Assembly: GCA_041749155.1 (NCBI GenBank)
Contig: JBGTBZ010000111.1
Coordinates: forward strand, 1 to 36,759
From: Phycisphaerae bacterium
Lineage (GTDB): Bacteria > Planctomycetota > Phycisphaerae > Tepidisphaerales > Tepidisphaeraceae
DNA: 36,759 bases
Reading direction: 5' to 3'
Shown: in pieces, positions 24,246-32,511 of the stretch
Numbering within the stretch: the stretch's first letter is position 1
Layout of the letters: every line of letters begins with the position of its first letter
Notes under the pieces: generated by a model
Told to the model about the DNA's origin: nothing
What the model saw: the letters and a program-made list of their open reading frames with translations, nothing else
Database searches by the model: none
Made by a program: the position numbers and the translations under genes

Positions 24246-25676
24246 TCACTCGGCGCAGCACGACAGCTTCGCGGGGTCCTTGTACCGGGAGATCGCCACG
24301 ATCTTCAGCGCCTCGGCCATCGTGGGGTAGACGTGCAGCAGGTCGATGATGTCCTGCAGCCGAGCGCGGAACCGCATCGCCATCGCCGCTTCGTGAATGA
24401 CCTCGCCGGCGTTGTGGCCGACCATTGACACGCCCAGCACTTCGTTGGTGTGCGCATCGGCCACCATTTTGATGAGGCCGCGCGTGTCGCGGATCGCGCC
24501 CGCGCGCGGCACCAGCGACATCGGCACGGTGCTGCACCAGCACTCGTGGCCCGCCGCGGTGGCTTGCTCTTCCGTCATTCCAACCAGCGCCACTTGTGGA
24601 TCGGTGAAGATGACGCGCGGGATGACGCGGTGGTCCACGGCCCGAAGCTCGCCGCCGGCAACCGCATTGCGGGCGGCGATGCCGCCATGGCGGCCTCCGA
24701 CCGGTGTCGCCATCTGGCTGCCGTGCTGACGACCGATCACGTCGCCAGCGGCGAAAATGTGAGGCATGTTGGTTTGCAGGTGCTCGTTCACCTCGATTTC
24801 ACCATCCCCGTTCATCGCCACGCCGGAGCGCTCGATCGCGATATTGTCGGTGTTCGGACGCCGGCCGGTCGCGATCAGCAATCTCTCAGCCCGGTATTGG
24901 CGTTCCTTTGCGCCGACCGTCGCGGTCATCACCACCGCATCTTGTTCTTGCCGCACAGCACGGACCGTCGCTCTGGTGACAATCTGAATGCCCTCTTCGG
25001 CGAACACTTCGCCGATGCTGAGGCCCACTTCCGGCTCGTAGCCGTGGGCCAAGAGCTGCGTGTTGCGGTCGATGATCGTCACTTCGGTGCCGAAGCGGCT
25101 GAACATCTGCCCAAGTTCCAGCGCGATGTATCCGCCGCCAACGATGATGAGCGACTTGGGCAACTCGCGCAGTTCGAGCGGCTCATCGACGGTGAGCAGA
25201 TCGCTGGTGAGGTATGGCACGCGATCCAACCCTTCGATCTTGGGGATGACCGGGCGCGAGCCGGTGGCGATCAGCACCTTTTCGCCGCTCAGCCGCTTGC
25301 CGTTGACCTCAACCGTGTTGGAGTCCACGAACTCGACATGACCTTCTTGGATGCTGAACTGGCCGCCCACAAGGCTCTCATATTTCTTCTTGCGGTAGTC
25401 GTGAACGACTTGATCTTTCTGCGCGATGAGCGCGGCGAAATCGAGTGTGATTTCGCAAGGCGTCAGGCCGGGATAGCGGGGGTTGCGGGCGTCGTGGATG
25501 AGTTTGGCGGCTTCGATGAGATTTTTGGAAGGCAGACAGCCGCGATTAACGCAGGTGCCGCCGATCGGGCGCTCTTCGGTCATCGCGGCGGTCTTGCCCA
25601 ACTCCTGCGCGGCCAGGGCGGCGGCGAAGGCGGTGGAGCCGGAGCCGAGAATGAGAAGATCGAAGTTGTCAGTCAT
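24246..25676 (-). CDS. merA: Mercuric reductase MerA core (no NmerA domain)
   Basis: [12 protein letters not shown], the redox pair [13 protein letters not shown], and the diagnostic C-terminal Cys pair ...KLSCCAE. Confidence 0.8.
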   Translation of the reverse strand: MTDNFDLLILGSGSTAFAAALAAQELGKTAAMTEERPIGGTCVNRGCLPSKNLIEAAKLIHDARNPRYPGLTPCEITLDFAALIAQKDQVVHDYRKKKYESLVGGQFSIQEGHVEFVDSNTVEVNGKRLSGEKVLIATGSRPVIPKIEGLDRVPYLTSDLLTVDEPLELRELPKSLIIVGGGYIALELGQMFSRFGTEVTIIDRNTQLLAHGYEPEVGLSIGEVFAEEGIQIVTRATVRAVRQEQDAVVMTATVGAKERQYRAERLLIATGRRPNTDNIAIERSGVAMNGDGEIEVNEHLQTNMPHIFAAGDVIGRQHGSQMATPVGGRHGGIAARNAVAGGELRAVDHRVIPRVIFTDPQVALVGMTEEQATAAGHECWCSTVPMSLVPRAGAIRDTRGLIKMVADAHTNEVLGVSMVGHNAGEVIHEAAMAMRFRARLQDIIDLLHVYPTMAEALKIVAISRYKDPAKLSCCAE

Positions 25677-25703
25677 GCTTCATGCCCTTCCGACTGGCGA
25701 TTG

Positions 25704-26294
25704 TCAGTAAACGAGGACGGTGTCCGCTTCGGCGCTGAGCCGCACGACATCGGCATACGTGGCGGGGATCACGTACGGGTGGCGTGGCGGAGACTGCTTC
25801 ACCTTGTCGGCCTCTCCGGTGACGATGAGCATCGCCGTGTTTGCGTACACGCGCGCCCCGCGCTTGTGCAGTAAGTCGAGGTACGCGCCGTAATCGTCCG
25901 GCATCTCATCGAGGGGCAGGTGCATCTGTGAGGCGATCACCTTTTTCAGACGCTCCGGTACGCCGGTGCTGGCCAGATTGCTGTCCAAGTCGAGGGTCGC
26001 GCCTGCGTCGAACAACACGGTCACATCCGCGCCCGCTTCGAGGGCCGCGAAGACCGTGTTGAATCCGACGCAGATCTGGCTGTCGTCCTGTTTCAGGCCC
26101 GTCTTGAAGTGAAACAGGACATGCTTGCCTTTCACCGCCGAGGCGAGCTCCGCGGGGGATGGGAATTCCTCACTGTAGGTGCGATCGAGGTGGCGCCACT
26201 TGGCGAGCTTGGCCGCGAATCTGTATCCAAAGTACCCGCCGACGCCAAGGATCAGTACCGCTGCCACGATGAGCATAACCTTCCACGTGCGCAT
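25704..26294 (-). CDS. Membrane-anchored DsrE/DsrF-like-fold protein (function uncertain)
   Basis: N-terminal TM helix, then HVLFHFKTGL...VGFNTVFAALEAGADVTVLFDAGA..., a DsrE-like alternation. The assignment is weak. Confidence 0.4.
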   Translation of the reverse strand: MRTWKVMLIVAAVLILGVGGYFGYRFAAKLAKWRHLDRTYSEEFPSPAELASAVKGKHVLFHFKTGLKQDDSQICVGFNTVFAALEAGADVTVLFDAGATLDLDSNLASTGVPERLKKVIASQMHLPLDEMPDDYGAYLDLLHKRGARVYANTAMLIVTGEADKVKQSPPRHPYVIPATYADVVRLSAEADTVLVY

Positions 26295-26304
26295 CGTGTG
26301 ATCC

Positions 26305-26940
26305 TCATTGTTGTGGTTCGACAGATGACGGATAGCCGGCCTCCGCCGTCGCTTGCGTCAGCGCAGCCACGGAAGTCTTCGCCGGGTCGTAGTTCACGAC
26401 GGCGTGCGGCGGGTCGAGCGTGACCTTGGCATCCTGCACGCCCTCAACGTTCATGAGACTGCGACGGACATTGGCGGTGCAGGCGGCGCAGGTCATTCCT
26501 TGAACGTTCAACACGGCTTGTTCGGCATTCATGTAAGTTGCCTCGATCGAATTGTCTTGCGCAAACAGACGCGGAGCGAAATAGGGAAAGGCGAGCAAAG
26601 CAAGGATCAGCGGCGTGATGATCCACAGCGCGATCCGATTGATTCGCTTGGCGCGCGGCACGGCACATGAACCGTTCGGTCCACATTTCGCCCCAACCGG
26701 CTTGCGGTAGGCGCGATAGAAGCCAAACCCCAGGAACGCCACGGCCATGATGATGAACAGCGGACGATAGGGCTCAAGAGCAGTCAGACTGCTGGCCCAA
26801 GCGCCGCCAACTCCAAGTGTCAGCAGGACCAGCGGCCCCAGGCAGCAGATTGACGCCGCGATCGCGCCCACCACTGCGCCCAGCAGACTCCATCGCTCGG
26901 TTGCTCGCTGATTGCCTTGGTTGATCGTTTGATCGCTCAT
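26305..26940 (-). CDS. merT: MerT-like mercury transporter fused to a MerP-like HMA domain
   Basis: First-TM Cys pair AIAASICCLGPLVL, a second Cys pair in the loop, and the C-terminal HMA motif VQGMTCAACTANV. The ATG at 26940 is preceded by GGAG. Confidence 0.8.
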   Translation of the reverse strand: MSDQTINQGNQRATERWSLLGAVVGAIAASICCLGPLVLLTLGVGGAWASSLTALEPYRPLFIIMAVAFLGFGFYRAYRKPVGAKCGPNGSCAVPRAKRINRIALWIITPLILALLAFPYFAPRLFAQDNSIEATYMNAEQAVLNVQGMTCAACTANVRRSLMNVEGVQDAKVTLDPPHAVVNYDPAKTSVAALTQATAEAGYPSSVEPQQ

Positions 26941-27060
26941 GTCGATGATCTCCGGCCCGTCTCCAGTGCTTCCAACAGTGGGCACGAATGCGGGCGGTGC
27001 TTGCCGCCCGGCAAGCTACTTCGGTCGGACTCCTTCATCTTCGTCGCGGCCCGCGGGACC

Positions 27061-27134
27061 AGCGCTTCCGGAGGTTACCTGTCATTCTCCACATAGGAGT
27101 GCCGGTCTAGGCAGGATTATTCCGAGCCGTTGAA
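27061..27134 (-). repeat. 74-nt repeat copy R1 (contains motif GGAATAA-N14-GCACTCCT on the minus strand, 27095..27123)
   Basis: AGCGCTTCCGGAGGTTACCTGTCATTCTCCACATAGGAGTGCCGGTCTAGGCAGGATTATTCCGAGCCGTTGAA differs from 31276..31348 by one indel and two substitutions. Confidence 0.85.
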
Positions 27135-27333
27135 GTGTGATCGGGCATCGCGTGCGTGCCTGGAAATGCCGGTGTTTTCATCCCCGGGGGCGAATGTATT
27201 GATGCTCGCTCTGCCGCGCGCCTTTTCGGGCCGCAACGAGGGCGAATTGCGGGCAGCTCGCTGTTACGAAAACTTGTTGGAAAAAACTCGATCCGCGTGT
27301 AAGGAGCAGCGGCGCGCGACGACTAACCAATTG

Positions 27334-28515
27334 ATGCCCGGAAGACCCAAGCACATGCGGATCGGCCTGTACGCGCTTGCCGCAATAGTCTGGCTGGCGG
27401 TGCTGATCTCTAACTCTGTGCAGTGGGATCGTCGGGCAACGGAACCGCAGGCCCCAGAGCAAGGGTATCTCGGCGGGGGCACCGACATGGTGAGTGACCG
27501 CTATCGGCTGAGCGTTCTGGCCCATGCCGAGAGCGTAGACAAAGACTCCGTAGAGCTTCTTCCCGGCATGGTCGTGGTCGCAGGCGGCGAGTTCCAGATG
27601 GGCAGTGACTCAGCACACCCAGACGAGCAGCCAGTTCATCCGGTTCGTCTGAGGACGTTTCGGCTTGATCGCCATGAGGTCACAAATCAGCAGTTCGGCC
27701 AGTTCGTGAAGGCCACGGGGCATGTCACCGACGCCGAGCGAAATGGCTATGCGTGGGTCTACCTTCCCGGAGGGACGGATTTCATCCGCGTTCCTGGGAC
27801 CAACTGGCGCTCTCCGGATGGGCCCGGATCGAGCATCGACGACAGGATGGACCACCCGGTGGTCTGCGTGAGCTGGAATGACGCCTCGGCCTATGCCCGT
27901 TGGGCTGAAAAGCGGCTCCCTTCAGAGGCTGAATGGGAGTACGCAGCGCGAGCCGGCGGGCAGCGCCACTTTTCCGCCGATCCGCTCCTGGCAAGCGCGC
28001 CAGCCAATGGCACGGACGCCTCGCATTCCCTTTCCCATCAGCACGCCCCTGCCACGACCGCACCACATCCTTCGGCGACAGGCCACTTATCGCTTCGCGG
28101 CGGCGCCGGGGACTCAGAAATTTTTGCGCCGGGCAATGTCTGGCAGGGCAACTGGCCGGAGACAAATGAGCTTCGGGACGGTTTCTTCGGGACTGCTCCG
28201 GCAGGCAGCTTCCCCCCGAACGACCTGGGGCTGCACGACATGCTCGGCAACGTCTGGGAATGGACCGCCGACTGGTATGCGGTGGACTACTACAGCACGT
28301 CTGCGCAGGAGAACCCCCGCGGTCCCGCCTCGGGCGATCGCCGAGTAGCGCGGGGCGGAAGCTGGTTCTGCAGCCCCAACTACTGCGGCGCATACAACAC
28401 GCACTACCGCGGTGCCAGCCCACCCGACGAGGCGTTCAACAACGTCGGCTTTCGCTGCGTCGCGGACCTGACGCGGCGCATTCCTTTGATCCCCGGCCAG
28501 GAGGTCGAGCAATGA
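27334..28515 (+). CDS. Signal-anchored formylglycine-generating-enzyme (FGE-sulfatase/SUMF1) family protein
   Basis: GEFQMGSD, HPVRLRTFRLDRHEVTN, LPSEAEWEYAARAGG, NVWEWTADWY, RGGSW and VGFRCV. I chose the start at 27334 (MPGRPKHMRIGLYALAAIVWL); it is uncertain. Confidence 0.75.
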   Translation: MPGRPKHMRIGLYALAAIVWLAVLISNSVQWDRRATEPQAPEQGYLGGGTDMVSDRYRLSVLAHAESVDKDSVELLPGMVVVAGGEFQMGSDSAHPDEQPVHPVRLRTFRLDRHEVTNQQFGQFVKATGHVTDAERNGYAWVYLPGGTDFIRVPGTNWRSPDGPGSSIDDRMDHPVVCVSWNDASAYARWAEKRLPSEAEWEYAARAGGQRHFSADPLLASAPANGTDASHSLSHQHAPATTAPHPSATGHLSLRGGAGDSEIFAPGNVWQGNWPETNELRDGFFGTAPAGSFPPNDLGLHDMLGNVWEWTADWYAVDYYSTSAQENPRGPASGDRRVARGGSWFCSPNYCGAYNTHYRGASPPDEAFNNVGFRCVADLTRRIPLIPGQEVEQ

Positions 28516-28925
28516 AGGCCGAACATCGTCGCAACGGCGCTGCGAAGGGTCCTGGTGCTCTCTGGCTGTCAGGAGCGCTGGTTGTGACCCTAATTGCGTT
28601 CGCTGCCTGGTGGGTCACGGGGGCTGATGCCTACACGAAGTTCAGCGTCGTCGAACAGGTCCCGCTGGAGGCAGGCCAGGATGATCCCTTCGCCCAGGCC
28701 GGGCTTCTGGACGGGGCCCCAACCACGACCGTGGTCCGCCGGGAGTTTCGCTTCGGCCTGCTGCCGACTCCTCAAGGTGTTCTGGACCGCCATTGGCTCA
28801 GCGTGGCGAGCACTCTGATGACTGTCTGGCCCATAGCCCTGCTGGGATGGTTGCTGACGCTCAGGCGGGCACGACCCGCACGACCTGGGAACCCTGATCA
28901 AATTCGCGTCTCCATTCAGTCCTAA
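28512..28925 (+). CDS. Hypothetical two-TM membrane protein
   Basis: ATGA-type overlap with the FGE stop. TM segments LWLSGALVVTLIAFAAWWV and LMTVWPIALLGWLLTL. Confidence 0.5.
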   Translation: MKAEHRRNGAAKGPGALWLSGALVVTLIAFAAWWVTGADAYTKFSVVEQVPLEAGQDDPFAQAGLLDGAPTTTVVRREFRFGLLPTPQGVLDRHWLSVASTLMTVWPIALLGWLLTLRRARPARPGNPDQIRVSIQS

Positions 28926-28947
28926 ATCACTCACTTCTGGAGGAAGC

Positions 28948-29799
28948 ATGCATCCACGAATTGCTTTCGCGTTGCTGATCGTTGGCGTCCTTGTGCTCAG
29001 CGCCCAGGTGGCCGCACAGCAGGGCGCGCACACGGGTGCCAGGAATCCATGCGGCGACAAGGCCAACCCGTGTGCGCCCAAGGCGTCCAATCCCTGCAAC
29101 CCTTGCGGCAAATCCACCGCCCAGGTGGCGGTGAATCCGTGCCATGCCAAGCACGGCAAGATGTTCTACGTTTCAGATCCCATGAAGCGAAACGTGGCCA
29201 CCTTCTCGAGCAGGGCGCCGCTCGAGGACATCATCGGGACCACGAATGAGATTCGCGGCTACTTCGCGTTCGATCCCCAGGCGCCAAACAAGGGCCCGCG
29301 CGGATCTTTCTCCGTGCCCGTGGCCAGTCTGAATACCGGAATACCGCTGCGTGATGAGCACCTGCGGGGACCAGAATGGCTCAACGCCTCTGAGCACCCG
29401 GAGATCACCTTTGTGATCGACCAGGTCGCAGAAGTGAAGCAGGTCAAGGTCAGCACCGACTACCAGACGTACGACCTGACTCTCGTCGGACCTTTGACCG
29501 TCAACGGAGTCACGCGCCAGGCCCGCATTCCCGCCCGCGTGGCCTACCTTCGCGAGAGCGAGCAGACAAAGCAGAAGATGCCGGGCAATCTCCTGGCAAC
29601 GCGAGCGAACTTCAAAGTGCCGCTGAAGGACCACCAGATCCGCGGCTTCGAGGGAGTCGTGGGCTCGAAGGTCAGTGACGAGATCCAGGTAGAGGTGAGC
29701 ATTTTTGCCAGCGACGCCCCGGCGGCGGCCAATCCCTGCAATCCATGCAATCCCTGTGGCAAGAACAAGGCCAATCCCTGTGCAAAGGAGAAGTCGTGA
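28948..29799 (+). CDS. YceI-like periplasmic protein flanked by Asn-Pro-Cys repeat tails
   Basis: Signal peptide. YceI core: FSSRAPLEDIIGTTNEIRGYF...VPVASLNTGIPLRDEHLRGPEWLNASEHPEITF. N-terminal tail: NPCGDKANPCAPKASNPCNPCGK...NPCHAK. C-terminal tail: ANPCNPCNPCGKNKANPCAKEKS. Confidence 0.75.
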   Translation: MHPRIAFALLIVGVLVLSAQVAAQQGAHTGARNPCGDKANPCAPKASNPCNPCGKSTAQVAVNPCHAKHGKMFYVSDPMKRNVATFSSRAPLEDIIGTTNEIRGYFAFDPQAPNKGPRGSFSVPVASLNTGIPLRDEHLRGPEWLNASEHPEITFVIDQVAEVKQVKVSTDYQTYDLTLVGPLTVNGVTRQARIPARVAYLRESEQTKQKMPGNLLATRANFKVPLKDHQIRGFEGVVGSKVSDEIQVEVSIFASDAPAAANPCNPCNPCGKNKANPCAKEKS

Positions 29800-29915
29800 C
29801 CTACTGCCCGCTGGGCTCGGCCAGTTTTCGTGCCGGACTCCTCACCCCGAGTCGGTCCCGCAGCGTTGCACGGAATGCAGCGCTGCGGTGACCGGCTGAG
29901 CCGCTGGAGCCAGTG

Positions 29916-30269
29916 ATGAAAGTAGCCGTTGTACTGCTCGCTGACACGAATACTCCAGAAGCGATGGGACGAATGGCCAACGCCCTGATGGTCGTTCGCG
30001 AGCTGAAGGAGTCGGGCGAAGACGTCCGCCTGATCCTGGACGGAGCGGGCGTGAAGTGGGTGAGCCACTGGCTGGATCAGGACTCGCAATACGGTGCTCT
30101 ATTCCTGGAGGTTCGCGACCGGCTTGCAGGAGTCTGCCGATACTGTGCCAATGCGTACGGCGTGGCGCAGAGGATTGAGGCCGCCGGCTTCCCGTTCGCC
30201 GACCAATACAAACAGCATCCGAGCTTTCGAGCGATGATCGCTGAGGGTTACCAGATCATCACCTTCTGA
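29916..30269 (+). CDS. DsrE-family small protein
   Basis: MKVAVVLLADTNTPEAMGRMANALMVVRELKESGEDVRLILDGAGVKW. The ATG at 29916 lies 7 nt after GGAG. Confidence 0.55.
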   Translation: MKVAVVLLADTNTPEAMGRMANALMVVRELKESGEDVRLILDGAGVKWVSHWLDQDSQYGALFLEVRDRLAGVCRYCANAYGVAQRIEAAGFPFADQYKQHPSFRAMIAEGYQIITF

Positions 30270-30291
30270 GCGGGCGTGATCTGCTGGGATC

Positions 30292-30307
30292 GGCAGCGCA
30301 AGCTGCC
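30292..30307. terminator. GGCAGC-GCAA-GCTGCC hairpin between convergent genes
   Basis: Perfect 6-bp GC-rich stem with a GCAA loop, between the DsrE stop (30269) and the anti-sigma stop (30352). There is no U-tract. Confidence 0.3.
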
Positions 30308-30351
30308 CTGCCGCCAACTCCCTGTTGAGTGTTCCGCGGCACATTGGCGGC

Positions 30352-30603
30352 TCAGCCCCGGTAGGCCTTTGCAAGGCTCGCGCGGATTCGATCTTTGGCG
30401 GAGTCGGACAGCCGCGCATCGCACGGGAAGGAGTGGCGGCCCCAGAGGCGCAGCAGCGCGTGAAGAGCCTCGATTTGCCTTTGATATTGGGAGCAGGCAG
30501 AGCACCTGGCCAGGTGCAGGCGCAGACTCCATGATTGCCAAAGGGTCAGCCGGGTATCAAGACGTTTGGATACGAGCTCGGCAGTTTGGCGGCAGGTAAG
30601 CAT
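30352..30603 (-). CDS. Small soluble zinc-binding anti-sigma factor (ZAS, HxxxCxxC)
   Basis: MLTCRQTAELVS...LRLHLARCSACSQYQ is a zf-HC2 motif. No TM segment, about 83 aa. The start overlaps the sigma 2 stop (TGATG). Confidence 0.7.
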   Translation of the reverse strand: MLTCRQTAELVSKRLDTRLTLWQSWSLRLHLARCSACSQYQRQIEALHALLRLWGRHSFPCDARLSDSAKDRIRASLAKAYRG

Positions 30604-31211
30604 CAGACTGGCTTCTGCGGATGGCGTTGGAACCAGAATCGTTCGAGACATTCACGCAGTCGAGCTCTTGCGCGGTGAAGCGTGACCCAAAGATTGGTCG
30701 GAGAGAGGCTCAGGGACTTACAGGTTTCTTCCGCGGTAAGTTCGTCAAGTACCCGCAAACTGAAGGCGGCACCCTGTCGTTCCGGCAGCTTTTTCAAGCA
30801 ACTCGAAAAGACCTGCCAGAATTCTGACTTGGCCACCAGTTCCTCGGGCTCGATGCTCCAATCGCCCGGTCGATGGACCCATGCGCCGGCAGAGTCAAAT
30901 AGCCCCTCAATCGGATCGTCCGACGTCATTTCGGGAACCTGACGCCGCATCCGTTGCCTGTGCCAATCGGCGATCTTCCGGCGCAAGATGGCGAGCATCC
31001 ACGTCTGTTCAGACGAACGCTCTTCGAATCGGCTCCGGCTCATCAGCGCCGCCAGAAACGTCTCTTGCACCAGATCCTCTGCGACCGTCTTGTCGCGGAC
31101 TCTCGTGACGGCGTAGCGGAAGAGAACGTCCCCGTACACGTCAAGCCAACTGAGCGGGTCTGCTTGCGCAGGCTGCGGATGCGATGCCACGTTATGTATT
31201 TGCGGTGCCAT
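30603..31211 (-). CDS. ECF-type RNA polymerase sigma factor (sigma 2)
   Basis: AEDLVQETFLAALMSRSRF (region 2) and LTAEETCKSLSLSPTNLWVTLHRARARLRECL (region 4). Confidence 0.85.
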   Translation of the reverse strand: MAPQIHNVASHPQPAQADPLSWLDVYGDVLFRYAVTRVRDKTVAEDLVQETFLAALMSRSRFEERSSEQTWMLAILRRKIADWHRQRMRRQVPEMTSDDPIEGLFDSAGAWVHRPGDWSIEPEELVAKSEFWQVFSSCLKKLPERQGAAFSLRVLDELTAEETCKSLSLSPTNLWVTLHRARARLRECLERFWFQRHPQKPV

Positions 31212-31275
31212 CGTGGATGCGTGGGGTTTGTCCTGTGCCTCGCCAATAACGAGGCGTCCGGAGCCGGCACAGGCA

Positions 31276-31348
31276 AGCGCTTCCGGAGGTACCTGTCATT
31301 CTCCAAATAGGAGTGCCGGTCTGGGCAGGATTATTCCGAGCCGTTGAA
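31276..31348 (-). repeat. 74-nt repeat copy R2 (contains motif GGAATAA-N14-GCACTCCT on the minus strand, 31309..31337)
   Basis: AGCGCTTCCGGAGGTACCTGTCATTCTCCAAATAGGAGTGCCGGTCTGGGCAGGATTATTCCGAGCCGTTGAA lies 65 nt upstream of the sigma 2 ATG. Confidence 0.85.
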
Positions 31349-31680
31349 TAGGCGTGTGCCCCCGACGGAACGTTCCTTTCTTTCACTTGACGCAGCAACC
31401 TGCGCGTCGCTGCTGGGGTCACTCGACCCGCAAAGGCTGGGCCGCCCGAGCTACTGCGCTCACCTACTTGTGATTCCGGCGGCACCGTCGATACCACAAA
31501 AAAGAGGGGAATAGGACGCGGGGCTCAGACCACTAGCCTGCAGCGACCCTAGCCAGTGTGTATTGCTGCGCGCTTCGCCTGACCGGCGGGAACGACGCAG
31601 AGGAGCGGGTACGATTCTCGAATACTCCAATGCACGGCGACGCGCGCCGGCCCTCGCACCACTTCTTCGTGTCTACCCCC

Positions 31681-32457
31681 ATGCTTTCCATCGTGATACC
31701 TACGCTGAACGAGGCCGGTTCGCTGCCGGCCACGGTGGAGCACACCCGCACCGCGGCCAAGGGCGCTGACGTGGAGATCATCGTCAGCGATTGCCGCAGC
31801 AGCGACGGCACGGCCGAAGTGGCGCAGGCGCTGGGACTACGGATCGTTGGCGGCGGCGGATCTCGGGCCGAGGCGATGAACGCCGGGGCGAGCGCCGCCG
31901 ACGGGGAGACTTTGCTGTTCCTGCATGCAGACTGCCGGCTCCCGGCAGGCTTTCCGCACCGCATCTGGCGGGCCCTCGAGAATCCGGGGATCGTCGGTGG
32001 CGCCTTTGACTTCGAGTTCGCGGACGACCCGCAGGCGGGGTGGGTTGCCCTCGAGTGTCTGCGGTGGGTCGTGTTCGGCAATCGCATCCGCTATCGCTGG
32101 ACCGGCGCGTTTTACGGCGACCAGTGCATCTTCGTCCGCCGCGAGGTGTTCTCGAAGCTGCGCGGCTTTCCCCGCGTGCGCCTGATGGAAGACGTGCGCT
32201 TCTCACGCAGGTTGAATGGCGCCGGCCGTACAGCCATCCTTCGCCCCCCCGTGCTTGCCTCGCCGCGGCGCTTCCTGAGCCGGGGCGTCGTCCGTCAAGT
32301 TCTAAGAGATTTGGCGCTGCTGGGCAGCGAGAGCATCGGTGTCTCCCCCGGAACCTGGTGGGCGCAGTACAACGGCTGGAACAGGAGCAACGGCGCTTCG
32401 GCACCCCCCGCCGAGGCACACTCGGATCCGCGCCGTTTACGTTGTGTTCGGGAATAA
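31681..32457 (+). CDS. Family 2 glycosyltransferase, TIGR04283-type (rSAM/arsenosugar-associated transferase 2)
   Basis: MLSIVIPTLNEAGSL, IVSDCRSSDGT, LLFLHADCRLP and YGDQCIFVRREVF. I chose the ATG at 31681; the 31558 extension has no GT similarity. Confidence 0.7.
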   Translation: MLSIVIPTLNEAGSLPATVEHTRTAAKGADVEIIVSDCRSSDGTAEVAQALGLRIVGGGGSRAEAMNAGASAADGETLLFLHADCRLPAGFPHRIWRALENPGIVGGAFDFEFADDPQAGWVALECLRWVVFGNRIRYRWTGAFYGDQCIFVRREVFSKLRGFPRVRLMEDVRFSRRLNGAGRTAILRPPVLASPRRFLSRGVVRQVLRDLALLGSESIGVSPGTWWAQYNGWNRSNGASAPPAEAHSDPRRLRCVRE

Positions 32458-32511
32458 GAGTCCACTGCTCCGTTGGAAACAGGTCCATTGCCTAGTGGCT
32501 TGGATTTCCTT

